Assembly: GCA_000438195.1 (NCBI GenBank)
Contig: FR903053.1
Span: forward strand, 5,757 to 69,756
Source: Mycoplasma sp. CAG:776
Lineage (GTDB): Bacteria > Bacillota_I > Bacilli_A > RF39 > UBA660
Direction: 5' to 3'
DNA: 64,000 nucleotides
Shown: piece after piece, positions 1 to 9,058 of the stretch
How positions within the stretch are numbered: the stretch's first letter is position 1
How the letters are laid out: the number at the start of each line of letters is the position of its first letter
The notes under the pieces: model-generated
Database searches by the model: none
The model's input: only the letters and a program-made list of their open reading frames with translations
Told to the model about the DNA's origin: nothing
Program-made: the position numbers and the translations under genes

Positions 1-1
1 G

Positions 2-727
2 AAAGTTATTTTGGTAGATCACAATAGTTTGGCTCAAAGTGCTATTGGAATTGAAGAAGCAGAAATTATAGAAATTATTGATCATCATAATTTAGGAGCA
101 ATTGGTACAACTGTGCCTATTAACTTTCGGAGTATGCCTGTAGGTTGTACTTGTACAATTTTGTATAATATGTTTGTCGAGAAAAAAGTTTCTATTCCTA
201 AACATATTGCTGGTTTGATGTTAAGTGCAATTTTATCTGATACTTTGATTTTTAAATCTCCAACTACAACGGAGGAAGATATTTTTGCGGCTTCTAAACT
301 TGCTAAACTTGCTAAAGTTAATATTGATGAATATGGTTATCAAATGTTTAAAGCAGCTTCTAGTGTTAAAGGAATTCCGGTTCATGATCTTATTAATCAA
401 GATTTTAAATCTTATAGTATTGGTAATAATGCAATTGGTATATCGCAAGTTATGACTATGGATTTTAATGAGATAGAAGAAAATATGGATGAATATATTG
501 CTAAATTAGATGAACTTAGTGATGGAAATTATTTATGTTGTGTCCTTTTTATTACAGATGTTTATAAAAATGGCTCTTATGTAATTTATAATAGTAGTGC
601 GAAAGATATTGTTGCTGATGCTTTTGATTTAAAAGAAACTTATGAAGGTGTTTATATTGCTGATTTAGTTTCTAGAAAAAAACAAATGCTTCCCGCTTTA
701 CTTGAAGTAATCCAAAAAAGAGTATAA
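2..727 (+). CDS. ppaC: Family II (Mn-dependent) inorganic pyrophosphatase, DHH/DHHA2; 5' end cut by window edge
   Basis: The frame is open from nt 2 (KVILVDHN...). DHH-family motifs VDHN and IIDHH are followed by a DHHA2-like C-terminal half. The listed start at 11 is an internal TTG. Confidence 0.8.
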   Translation, partial: KVILVDHNSLAQSAIGIEEAEIIEIIDHHNLGAIGTTVPINFRSMPVGCTCTILYNMFVEKKVSIPKHIAGLMLSAILSDTLIFKSPTTTEEDIFAASKLAKLAKVNIDEYGYQMFKAASSVKGIPVHDLINQDFKSYSIGNNAIGISQVMTMDFNEIEENMDEYIAKLDELSDGNYLCCVLFITDVYKNGSYVIYNSSAKDIVADAFDLKETYEGVYIADLVSRKKQMLPALLEVIQKRV

Positions 728-765
728 ATTGATTTTTTCGGGAATAATAAAATAGAGGTGGCCTT

Positions 766-1518
766 ATGTTAGCACTTATTACTGGAGCTTCTAGTGGAAT
801 GGGAAGAGATATGGCTAGAATTCTTGCCAAGAATGGCTATGATTTGATTTTGGTTGCTAGAAGAAAAGAACGCTTACTGGAGCTTAAAAAAGAGTTATGT
901 ACTAATATTACAGTTATTAGTATGGATTTAAGTGTTTTAGATAATAATTATAAATTATATGAAAAAGTAAGAAATAAGCAAGTTGATCTTTTAATTAATA
1001 ATGCTGGGTTTGGTTTATTTGGAGAATTTTATGAAACTGATTTGAATACTGAGCTTAAAATGATTGATTTAAATATCAAAGCTTATCATATTTTAACTAA
1101 ATTATTTTTAAAAGATTTTATTAAAAAAGATCAGGGATATATTTTGAATGTTTGTTCTAGTGCTGGTTTTATGGCAGGACCTAGACTAAGTACTTATTAT
1201 GCTACAAAAAATTATGTTACTAAACTTACAATGGCTATTAATGAAGAATTAAGAGTGATGAAAAGTCATGTTCATATTAGTGCTTTATGTCCTGGTCCAG
1301 TAGCAACTGAATTTAATGAGGTAGCTCATGGTACTTTTGCTGTTCGAGAAGCTAGTAGTTATGAAGTAGCTTCTTATGCGATAAAGAAATTATTTCAACA
1401 TAAAATGATTATTGTTCCTACACTTTTAATGAAATCCACTCTTTTCTTTAATCGATTGGTGCCATATCGTTTATCTTTATATCTTGCTTATAAAATACAA
1501 AAGAGAAAATCAAAATAG
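766..1518 (+). CDS. Short-chain dehydrogenase/reductase (SDR) family oxidoreductase
   Basis: TGASSGMG Rossmann motif, NNAG, catalytic YYATK (YxxxK); RBS AGAGGTGG upstream. Confidence 0.85.
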   Translation: MLALITGASSGMGRDMARILAKNGYDLILVARRKERLLELKKELCTNITVISMDLSVLDNNYKLYEKVRNKQVDLLINNAGFGLFGEFYETDLNTELKMIDLNIKAYHILTKLFLKDFIKKDQGYILNVCSSAGFMAGPRLSTYYATKNYVTKLTMAINEELRVMKSHVHISALCPGPVATEFNEVAHGTFAVREASSYEVASYAIKKLFQHKMIIVPTLLMKSTLFFNRLVPYRLSLYLAYKIQKRKSK

Positions 1519-1650
1519 ACTAGAAATAGCCTATTTTTTTGAAAGTGGTCCCAAAAAGTTGCATTTTTATAAAAACTTTTTAATTCAACTAATGGTTTGT
1601 TTACATTATCATTATTTCCTTTCATAATAGAGAGTGAAAGGAAGATTATT

Positions 1651-2454
1651 ATGAATGAAATGGGAAAATTTATTGCTGAGATACGAAAAGAAAAAAATAT
1701 GACTCAAAAAGATTTGGCAAATGTTCTTTATGTTTCTGATCGAGCTGTAAGTAAATGGGAAAGGGGAAAATCGTTTCCTGATATTAGTTTGTTGAAAAAA
1801 ATAAGTGAGGTTTTGGATGTTAGTTTAACTGAATTATTTAATGGAAAACGAATGGATGAAGTTTCTATAGAGAAAACTGATAAAATATTAGAAGATAGTG
1901 TAAAACATCTTAAAAAACAAAGTTATAAAAATATTTTAATTAAGGTGTTACTGATTATTCCAATTATTTTATTTTTCTTTTTTGTATTTTTGATCGTTGT
2001 TAGTGAATTTTATTATGGAAGTATTAGGATAGGTAATAAGACATTAGATTTTCCAAATTTATCTAGTTCTGTTGCAAAAGTTTATTCAGATAAATTTATG
2101 GAAGCATTTAAAAATGAAGATTTCGATAAAATAGCTCATCTTTATCGTTCTTTTGAGGTTGATGAAAAAATTATGGAATCTTTTCAAATATTTTATGAAT
2201 ATTATGATGTTGTTGATTATGAATATAATTATTTTTTTCATAATGGTTCTAATTATACTATTGCCTATAATGTAGTATTGCAAGTTTTAGAAGAAGAAGT
2301 AGATGTTATTTTTTACATTGTTTCTTTAAATCAAGATGTTATTTTTAGTCCAAATATTTATGACTTTATTGATGAGGATATTATAAAAAATTGTAAAAAA
2401 ATCGAAGATGCTTATTTGAATCTGGTCTCTCTAAGCTTTGTCAATAGAGTGTAA
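1651..2454 (+). CDS. XRE-family HTH transcriptional regulator with a central TM helix and a C-terminal extracytoplasmic domain
   Basis: HTH_3-like MTQKDLANVLYVSDRAVSKWERGKSFP, then hydrophobic LIKVLLIIPIILFFFFVFLIVV. ATG at 1651 follows GAAAGGAAG; the listed upstream extension lacks an RBS. Confidence 0.75.
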   Translation: MNEMGKFIAEIRKEKNMTQKDLANVLYVSDRAVSKWERGKSFPDISLLKKISEVLDVSLTELFNGKRMDEVSIEKTDKILEDSVKHLKKQSYKNILIKVLLIIPIILFFFFVFLIVVSEFYYGSIRIGNKTLDFPNLSSSVAKVYSDKFMEAFKNEDFDKIAHLYRSFEVDEKIMESFQIFYEYYDVVDYEYNYFFHNGSNYTIAYNVVLQVLEEEVDVIFYIVSLNQDVIFSPNIYDFIDEDIIKNCKKIEDAYLNLVSLSFVNRV

Positions 2455-2512
2455 ATGAATTTTTTCCTTTACAAGTCTTTATTAATCATTTACAATATTA
2501 ATAGGTGATACT

Positions 2513-2791
2513 ATGTATTGTAAAAAATGTGGTGCTGCTTTACCAAGTCATGGATTTGTTTGCAAAAGTTGTGGAGCTATGATGGATGAAGAACAAATTA
2601 AAATGCAAAAAAAAATAATTGATGAAAAAGAAAAAACAAAGATAGAAGTTAATTTATTTAGTGATCAATATCGCCAAGATCCGGTTAAAAGAGATTATAC
2701 TAAAAGACAAGATAATAAATATTTGGGAGCTATAATAATTGTTCTAATTGTAATTATTTTGATTATTGTGGCAATATTAAAGGTTATGTAA
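2513..2791 (+). CDS. Zinc-ribbon domain protein with C-terminal TM anchor
   Basis: CKKC...CKSC double CxxC at the N-terminus; C-terminal IIIVLIVIILIIVAIL helix. Confidence 0.6.
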   Translation: MYCKKCGAALPSHGFVCKSCGAMMDEEQIKMQKKIIDEKEKTKIEVNLFSDQYRQDPVKRDYTKRQDNKYLGAIIIVLIVIILIIVAILKVM

Positions 2792-2828
2792 TTTTTATTT
2801 TTTAGCATAATACTAATGGTGATGTATT

Positions 2829-3335
2829 ATGCTTTTTGTTTGTTTAGAAATATTTTTGGCTCGTATTATTGATGTATCTATTTCCACGTTTAGAATGATG
2901 GTGATGGTACGTAAGAAAAGTATACTTACACCCATTTTAGCTTTTTGTGAGGTGTTTGTTTGGTTTATTGCTGCTAGAAAAGCATTGAATACAAATATTG
3001 ATAGTATATTCATTCCTATTTTTTACTCTCTTGGTTATGCGACTGGTACTTATATTGGGGGATGTATGTCTCGTAAATTTATTAAAAATGTAAATAGTAT
3101 TGAAGTTACTACTAAAAGAAATAATATTAAACTCATTAATACTCTTAGAAGTGAAGGATGTGCGGTTTCAGTTATTGCTCTTAAGAATAATTATCGGGAT
3201 AAAAAAGATTTACTTATTGTTGATGTTCGTAGTAAAAATACGCAAGAAACAGTGAATTTAATTAAAGAGGTAGATCCTAAAGCATTTATTGTTGTAAAAG
3301 ATACTAAAATTGTTCATAATGGGTATATTAAATAA
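2829..3335 (+). CDS. UPF0316/DUF2179-type small membrane protein
   Basis: N-terminal LEIFLARIIDVSISTFRMM motif and 3 TM helices plus a soluble C-terminal domain, as in the UPF0316 family (recalled similarity). Confidence 0.6.
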   Translation: MLFVCLEIFLARIIDVSISTFRMMVMVRKKSILTPILAFCEVFVWFIAARKALNTNIDSIFIPIFYSLGYATGTYIGGCMSRKFIKNVNSIEVTTKRNNIKLINTLRSEGCAVSVIALKNNYRDKKDLLIVDVRSKNTQETVNLIKEVDPKAFIVVKDTKIVHNGYIK

Positions 3336-3838
3336 TGGTGAAGAGTATGTATTATGTTAATCTATTTTTTATTTTTTCAGTTTTAGGCTTTTTATTTGAG
3401 AATTTCTTGAATATTTTTACGAATGATAATTTTAATAGTGGAATTTTATATGGACCATGGACTTTTATTTATGGAATTGGAGCTTTTTTAATTATATTTT
3501 GGGGGAGATTTTTAAGGCAATATCATTTAAAGAAATGGAAAGAAGTAATTTTATATTATTTGGGAATTACTATTCTTATGACTTTAGTAGAATTTAGTGG
3601 GGGTAATTTAATTGAAATATTATTTCATCGTACTTATTGGGATTATACGAATATGACTTTTAATTATGGTAAATATATTTGTCTGGAAGTATCATTGGTG
3701 TGGGGATTACTTGCAACTTTGATTTATTATTTCGTTTTACCTTGGCTTAATAAATTAGAAAAGAAAATGCCAATCTGGTTGACGATTGGCTTTGTTATAT
3801 TATTTTTTGTAGATATCGTGTGTTCTTTATTATTTTAA
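3335..3838 (+). CDS. Polytopic membrane protein ('putative ABC-transporter type IV' / DUF1113-like)
   Basis: GILYGPWTFIYGIGA motif and about 5 TM helices; start overlaps the previous stop (ATAATGG). Confidence 0.5.
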   Translation: MVKSMYYVNLFFIFSVLGFLFENFLNIFTNDNFNSGILYGPWTFIYGIGAFLIIFWGRFLRQYHLKKWKEVILYYLGITILMTLVEFSGGNLIEILFHRTYWDYTNMTFNYGKYICLEVSLVWGLLATLIYYFVLPWLNKLEKKMPIWLTIGFVILFFVDIVCSLLF

Positions 3839-4494
3839 ATATGAAGTCTTCTTTCTATTTCGGTTTCTAAAGTGTGATGATTAAATATGAAAAGAAAAAT
3901 TAGAGCAAAAATACTTGTTGATACGGATATATAAGAAGGCCATAAAGTGTTTAATTTATTGCTTAAAATAAAGTATAGTGGAAATAGACCTATTAGAGAA
4001 TTTAAGTAAGTGTATAGTATGTATTCTTTTTTTGTATATCTTGTAAATATTCTGATAATTAAGAAAGTTATCGTGTAGCATATACATAGAAAAGGTAAAC
4101 AATAAGTTAAAGACCATTTATGAAAACCTGTTAGTAAATCCCAAATTATTGATAAGATGATAATACTGATTATTTCTGCAAATAAAATTCGCATAAAACC
4201 TTGTTTGTGATTCATTCCCATACTAAATGTTAACCAGAAAGATATAATTCCTAAGATTACAAAAACAGACCATGATATTTCATTATTTACCCAATAATTA
4301 ATTAGTAAAGAAAAGATTATTCCACAAATAGAAGTGAATAGAGAAATTTTCATTAATAAATTGTGATTGCGGTAAGTGTTTTTAATTTTAGGATAGATAC
4401 TATTTTTTTCTTCTAGAATAATTTTATTGTGACATAGAGGACAGGTATTACTGTCTGTTTTTAATATGACATCACATTTTGGACATTTATTCAT
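3835..4494 (-). CDS. Zinc-ribbon N-terminus plus ~6-TM membrane protein (DUF6320-like)
   Basis: CPKC-x12-CPLC ribbon, then repeated hydrophobic helices; start codon abuts the stop of the upstream acyltransferase gene. Confidence 0.6.
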   Translation of the reverse strand: MNKCPKCDVILKTDSNTCPLCHNKIILEEKNSIYPKIKNTYRNHNLLMKISLFTSICGIIFSLLINYWVNNEISWSVFVILGIISFWLTFSMGMNHKQGFMRILFAEIISIIILSIIWDLLTGFHKWSLTYCLPFLCICYTITFLIIRIFTRYTKKEYILYTYLNSLIGLFPLYFILSNKLNTLWPSYISVSTSIFALIFLFIFNHHTLETEIERRLHI

Positions 4495-5748
4495 TTAATC
4501 ACTTCTTTCTATTTCATTATTATAAATTGTTATATTTAAATTATATTGCTTTAGAAGACGAAAGAAGTTCTTTTCTAATTCTGAATTAATAAAGTGAGAA
4601 GAAAAGCTTATACATATCTCATCTTCATAAGAAATAATACATAATTCCATTGCGTCTGTACTATTCATTACAATACATTTGTCTATATAATTTTTACAAC
4701 TATCGGGTAAATGAAAGATACCAACATTTGATAGTCCTAAAGTTTGTTTTTTTCTTGTTAGGCGATAAGAATATTTTAAAACTTTATTTTTAATAAATAA
4801 AGGGATTAAGCGAATGAGAAAGAAATTTTCTAACCAAAGCATTTTACTCATGTTACTTTCTATTGCCTCTTCATTTAAGCTATTTTTTAATTGTTCATTT
4901 ACTTTGAGAATAATTTCTTCTAAAGAAGTATTTTTTTTATTAAATTTATATTCAATATTGGTTACATTAAAGAAATTACGCACTGTTTCTGATTTGTAGT
5001 ATTTTCGCAAGTCAATGGGAACTGTTATAGAAATTGGTTTCTTTTTATCTTTGATACTTAATATTTCTTCCATACTTTTAATTACTAAACTAATTAATAG
5101 TCCAGTAATTGTTGTTTGATGTTGATGAGCTATTTCTTTTATTTTGTTTGTATTAGTAGAACCTGTAATTATCCTTAATTTACCTTCGTTATACCATCTG
5201 CCCTTTAATTGATAAGCGTTTTCTTTATTTTTGATTTTGAGTTTATTTTTAGGATTATAATATTTAGAAAAACTATCTATTGCTTTTTCATAGCTAGAAC
5301 TTTTAGTTAAAATGGCGTTATCTTTTAATTGGTATTCTATTTTTAAGTAATTATATATTAAGTTTTCAAGAAAAGTAGTACAGCCAGCTCCATCACTTAG
5401 AGCGTGATATACCTCTAAGTTTATCTTATTTTGAAAATAACTTACTTCAAATAAAAGTGGTGTGTTTAATTTTTCACAGGGACTTGTTTTTTCTTCTATT
5501 ACTTTCGCTTTTATATTTGCTTCTTCTAAATAATACCAAAATAACCCTTTTTTTAGAATAGATTTAAAGATTGGAAAGTCTTCTAAAGTAGTATCTAGTG
5601 CTTTTTGTAAATTATCTTTATTTATTTTCTTTTTTAAAAGCACAGAAAAGCGAAATATTTTAGGGTCATAAGTAGTCGTTGTGGGAGGAAATATTTTAGC
5701 AGCATTATCTAATTTATACCATTTTTCTGTTCTATTCAAATTTATCAC
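4495..5748 (-). CDS. Stand-alone condensation-domain / alcohol-acyltransferase-like protein (HxxxDG)
   Basis: YHALSDGAG matches the HxxxDG acyl-transfer motif of NRPS C-domain / WS-DGAT / PapA5-type enzymes; ~417 aa; no carrier or adenylation domain. Confidence 0.65.
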   Translation of the reverse strand: MINLNRTEKWYKLDNAAKIFPPTTTTYDPKIFRFSVLLKKKINKDNLQKALDTTLEDFPIFKSILKKGLFWYYLEEANIKAKVIEEKTSPCEKLNTPLLFEVSYFQNKINLEVYHALSDGAGCTTFLENLIYNYLKIEYQLKDNAILTKSSSYEKAIDSFSKYYNPKNKLKIKNKENAYQLKGRWYNEGKLRIITGSTNTNKIKEIAHQHQTTITGLLISLVIKSMEEILSIKDKKKPISITVPIDLRKYYKSETVRNFFNVTNIEYKFNKKNTSLEEIILKVNEQLKNSLNEEAIESNMSKMLWLENFFLIRLIPLFIKNKVLKYSYRLTRKKQTLGLSNVGIFHLPDSCKNYIDKCIVMNSTDAMELCIISYEDEICISFSSHFINSELEKNFFRLLKQYNLNITIYNNEIERSD

Positions 5749-6628
5749 CTACAAATCTTTTAATTATTTTTATTATATGATGGTTTTCTTTAAAATAAAG
5801 AAAGTTATTAAAGAAACCATGAATAACACCTTTCATATTATAATATGTTACTTTATTAAAATAGCGTTTTAACTTTTTGGCATAGGCATATCCTTCATCT
5901 CTTAATGGATCTAAATCTGCAGTTATAATTAATGTTTCAGGCATATGGAATAGCCATTTGGCATATAGCGGAGCGACATATATATTTTGATAATCTTTTG
6001 GGCTCTTTAAGTATAATTCTAGATAGTCATTAATCATCTTTTTGGTTAAAAAATATTGATAGCCATTTTCTTCAATAGACTTAAATTTATGATTGTTTTT
6101 AAAGTTTGTTTGAACAATAGGGTAGATTAATATTTCTTTTTTTATCTGAAATTCTTTTGTTTTTCTAGCTTTAATACATATTGCTGTTGCAAGATTAGCT
6201 CCAGCAGAATCACCCATAATAATTATATCTTTGGTATCAATATTAAATTCATTTGCTTTATTGAAAATTATTTTTACTCCCTGATAACAAACATTAAAAC
6301 CAATGGGAAATGGATACTCGGGTGCTAAAGGATATTCAATAGCAATAATATTTCTTTTTAGTTCATTCGCTAAATTGGTTAAAAGGTAACTGTAAGTTTT
6401 TACATTTCCTGTTGTCCAACCACCACCATGAATATAGATAATCATTTTATCTGTTTTTACATGTTTGGGAGTAAAAATGTTGAAGGTGATATTATCTTCA
6501 ATTATTTTTTGGGATTTTTTTGTTAGGAGAGATTTACTTTGAATTTTACGATATAGTTCATAATTGTTTTTGATATTTATGTCGTAGTGAGATAAAGCAT
6601 TAATGAATTTTAAAAACATATTGTTCAT
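5732..6628 (-). CDS. Alpha/beta hydrolase, HSL-type esterase/lipase
   Basis: HGGGW oxyanion motif, GDSAGA nucleophile elbow, DPLRDEG and a late GVIHGF His. Confidence 0.8.
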   Translation of the reverse strand: MNNMFLKFINALSHYDINIKNNYELYRKIQSKSLLTKKSQKIIEDNITFNIFTPKHVKTDKMIIYIHGGGWTTGNVKTYSYLLTNLANELKRNIIAIEYPLAPEYPFPIGFNVCYQGVKIIFNKANEFNIDTKDIIIMGDSAGANLATAICIKARKTKEFQIKKEILIYPIVQTNFKNNHKFKSIEENGYQYFLTKKMINDYLELYLKSPKDYQNIYVAPLYAKWLFHMPETLIITADLDPLRDEGYAYAKKLKRYFNKVTYYNMKGVIHGFFNNFLYFKENHHIIKIIKRFVGDKFE

Positions 6629-6704
6629 TTCATCACCTAATTTTATTATAACAGAAATTAAAAGGATTGGCTTTAGAAAGTATTCATTTGTTGTTAATTA
6701 AATG

Positions 6705-6733
6705 TTTACTTCATCTATTTATTTCGTTATAAT
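6705..6733 (+). promoter_or_regulatory. Sigma-A-type promoter candidate for the MazG-like gene
   Basis: TTTACT - 17 nt - TATAAT, 24 nt upstream of the GTG at 6757. Confidence 0.45.
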
Positions 6734-6756
6734 GTATTTAGATTATAGGAGGATAT

Positions 6757-7082
6757 GTGGAAAAAATCTATAATAAATTAGTACGTGATCAAATACCAGA
6801 TATTATTACAAAAAATAATGGAAACTTATTTATTAAAGTATTAGATGATACTTTATATAAAAGTGAACTTGAAAAAAATTATTAGAAGAATGTCATGTAG
6901 TGTTAGAAGCAAAGGACAGTGAAGAAAGATTAGAGGAGTTAGCTGATGTGCTAGAGGTCGTTCAATCTTTGATTGTATTAGAAAATAAAACTTTGGACGA
7001 TGTTATTCAAATTGCTTTAGCTAAAAAGAAAATAAGAGGAGGTTTTGAAAAGAAAATTTTTTTAGAGAAAGTAGTGGATTAG
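6757..7082 (+). pseudogene. MazG-like / phosphoribosyl-ATP pyrophosphohydrolase-like NTP pyrophosphatase, split by a frameshift in an A7 run
   Basis: AGGAGG + GTG 6757 gives VEKIYNKLVRDQIPDII... and stops at 6883. The other frame is open from 6873 and continues ...KKLLEECHVVLEAKDSEERLEELADVLEVV... to 7082. The two frames join across A7 at 6872-6878. Confidence 0.7.
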
Positions 7083-7107
7083 TTTTTTAGAAGGGTAAGA
7101 TATTGAA

Positions 7108-8043
7108 ATGAAAAAGGGGAAGAAAAAGAAAAAATTAAAAGTTTTTCTATTATTTTCTATTGTTTTACTTATTTTCTTTTTAACTTTATGGGTTATGAAT
7201 CCAGAGAACTTAAAAGAAATTAAAGGTTGGTTTTTGAATCAGTCATTTAAAGATTATTATAATGCAGAATCTTTACTTATGGTAGATTTATCAAATGATG
7301 AAATTTTTGTTTCTAAGAATATTCATGAGAAAAGAATTCCTGCTAGTTTAGCTAAATTATTTGTCGTTGATTATGCTTTAACTTTAGGGAAATTAGATGA
7401 TGTTGTCAAGGTAAGTAGTGATGCTTTAAGTTTTACGAAGCCAAATTCTTCGATTGCCAATATTAAAGAAAAAGAATATTATTTTCATAATTTGATTGCG
7501 GCAATGTTAGTTCCATCTGGGAATGATGCTGCTTATGTGGTAGCTGATTATTGCGGGGGAATTTTAGAGGAAGATGCTAAAACAAGTGATGAGAGGATTC
7601 AAATTTTTATGGATTCTCTTAATCAATATTTGGAGGAACAAGGTTATTTGGATACGATTTTATATGATCCTAGTGGTTTTGATATGGATGCTCGGACCAC
7701 AGTTATGGATTTAAAAAATGTAGCAGAAAAATTGTTAGAATATGATTGGTTTTTAGATGTTGTTTCCAAAAGTAGTTATACGGCAATTTTGCCTGATGGA
7801 AGTACTCAAACTTGGCATAATACGAATGTCTATCTAGATTCTTCACAGAAATATTATAATGAAAATGTAATTGGAATTAAAACTGGTTCGTTAGATAATG
7901 ATTATAATTTGGTGGTTCTTTACCAACAACATAATAAAATGTTTTTAATCTGTAGTTTGGGGTCAAAGACTGATTCTAGAAGATATGAAGATGTGAATTA
8001 TGTTTTAAAGACAATAGATGAGTCTGATTATTTAAAGTATTAA
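7108..8043 (+). CDS. D-alanyl-D-alanine carboxypeptidase (serine peptidase S11, low-MW PBP)
   Basis: SLAK (SxxK), SGND (SxN), KTGS (KTG) motifs; N-terminal K-rich region plus TM anchor. Confidence 0.8.
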   Translation: MKKGKKKKKLKVFLLFSIVLLIFFLTLWVMNPENLKEIKGWFLNQSFKDYYNAESLLMVDLSNDEIFVSKNIHEKRIPASLAKLFVVDYALTLGKLDDVVKVSSDALSFTKPNSSIANIKEKEYYFHNLIAAMLVPSGNDAAYVVADYCGGILEEDAKTSDERIQIFMDSLNQYLEEQGYLDTILYDPSGFDMDARTTVMDLKNVAEKLLEYDWFLDVVSKSSYTAILPDGSTQTWHNTNVYLDSSQKYYNENVIGIKTGSLDNDYNLVVLYQQHNKMFLICSLGSKTDSRRYEDVNYVLKTIDESDYLKY

Positions 8044-8046
8044 ATG

Positions 8047-8071
8047 GTAATAGGTTCCTATTGCTTTTTTT
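8047..8071 (+). terminator. Rho-independent terminator
   Basis: GTAATAGG/CCTATTGC stem followed by T7. Confidence 0.6.
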
Positions 8072-8130
8072 ATTTTACGGAAGTATAATAAGTATGAAAA
8101 GTATGATTTTTATGAAAGGGTGAGTGAATT

Positions 8131-8346
8131 ATGGAAAAAGATAAGTATGTTGGAATTAGTAAGGTAGGTGAAAAAGGTCAAATTGTAATTCCTAAAGAAG
8201 CTAGAGAGATGTTTGGAATTCATCCAGGTGATTCTATTGTTGTACTTTGTGATAGAGATAAGGGAATGGCTTTAGTAAAATCTGATGTTATTGAAAGTTT
8301 TGCGGTAAATATATTAGATGGAGGAAAACAAGATGATAGAGATTGA
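8131..8346 (+). CDS. AbrB/MazE/SpoVT-family DNA-binding domain protein
   Basis: SKVGEKGQIVIPKEAREMFGIHPGD swapped-hairpin signature; 71 aa. Confidence 0.75.
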   Translation: MEKDKYVGISKVGEKGQIVIPKEAREMFGIHPGDSIVVLCDRDKGMALVKSDVIESFAVNILDGGKQDDRD

Positions 8347-9058
8347 TATAAAAGATTTGACTAAAATTTATAAAAATAAAGTAGTTGTTGATGGGCTTAA
8401 TTTGAAAATTAATCAGGGGGAGTTATTTGCTTTATTAGGAACGAATGGAGCTGGTAAGACAACAACAATTAAGATGTTATCTACTTTGATTTTACCTAAT
8501 CATGGAGAAGTAAAGATCCATCAATATGATTTAGTAGAAGAACGAATGAAAATTAAAGAGTTTATTAATGTTTCGCCTCAAGAGACAGCTATAGCTCCTA
8601 ATTTAACGGTTTTAGAAAATTTAGAATTTATGGCTGGCGTGTATGAAATTAAGGAAAAAAAGGAAAAGATCAATAATTTAATTCATATGTTTCAATTAGA
8701 AAGGGTTTTAAAGCAGAAAGCAAAGACTTTATCTGGTGGTTGGCAAAGAAAATTATCTATTGCTATTTCTTTAATTAATGAACCAAAAATATTATTTTTA
8801 GATGAACCAACCTTGGGCTTAGATGTTTTAGCAAGACAAGAATTGTGGAATGTAATTTGTAAATTAAAAGGTGAAGTTACGATTATTTTGACTACTCATT
8901 ATATGGAAGAAGCTGAAAATTTATCGGATCGTGTGGGAATTATGAAGGAAGGAAAACTAATTGCACTTGGTACGCCTAAAGAATTGATGAGTCAAGCTGG
9001 TGTTTCGAGTTTTGAGGAGGCTTTTGTAAAACTTGTTTCCGGAGGTGCTGGCAAATGA
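8333..9058 (+). CDS. ABC transporter ATP-binding protein
   Basis: Walker A GTNGAGKTT, signature LSGGWQRK, Walker B ILFLDEPT; ATG 8333 follows GGAGG and overlaps the AbrB-type gene. Confidence 0.9.
   Translation: MIEIDIKDLTKIYKNKVVVDGLNLKINQGELFALLGTNGAGKTTTIKMLSTLILPNHGEVKIHQYDLVEERMKIKEFINVSPQETAIAPNLTVLENLEFMAGVYEIKEKKEKINNLIHMFQLERVLKQKAKTLSGGWQRKLSIAISLINEPKILFLDEPTLGLDVLARQELWNVICKLKGEVTIILTTHYMEEAENLSDRVGIMKEGKLIALGTPKELMSQAGVSSFEEAFVKLVSGGAGK

Noticed and set aside
233-448. 71-aa minus-strand ORF inside ppaC
   Set aside because: It lies antisense within a well-supported gene. The sequence is low-complexity and Ile/Asn/Phe/Arg-rich, typical of shadow ORFs in AT-rich DNA, and there is no RBS.
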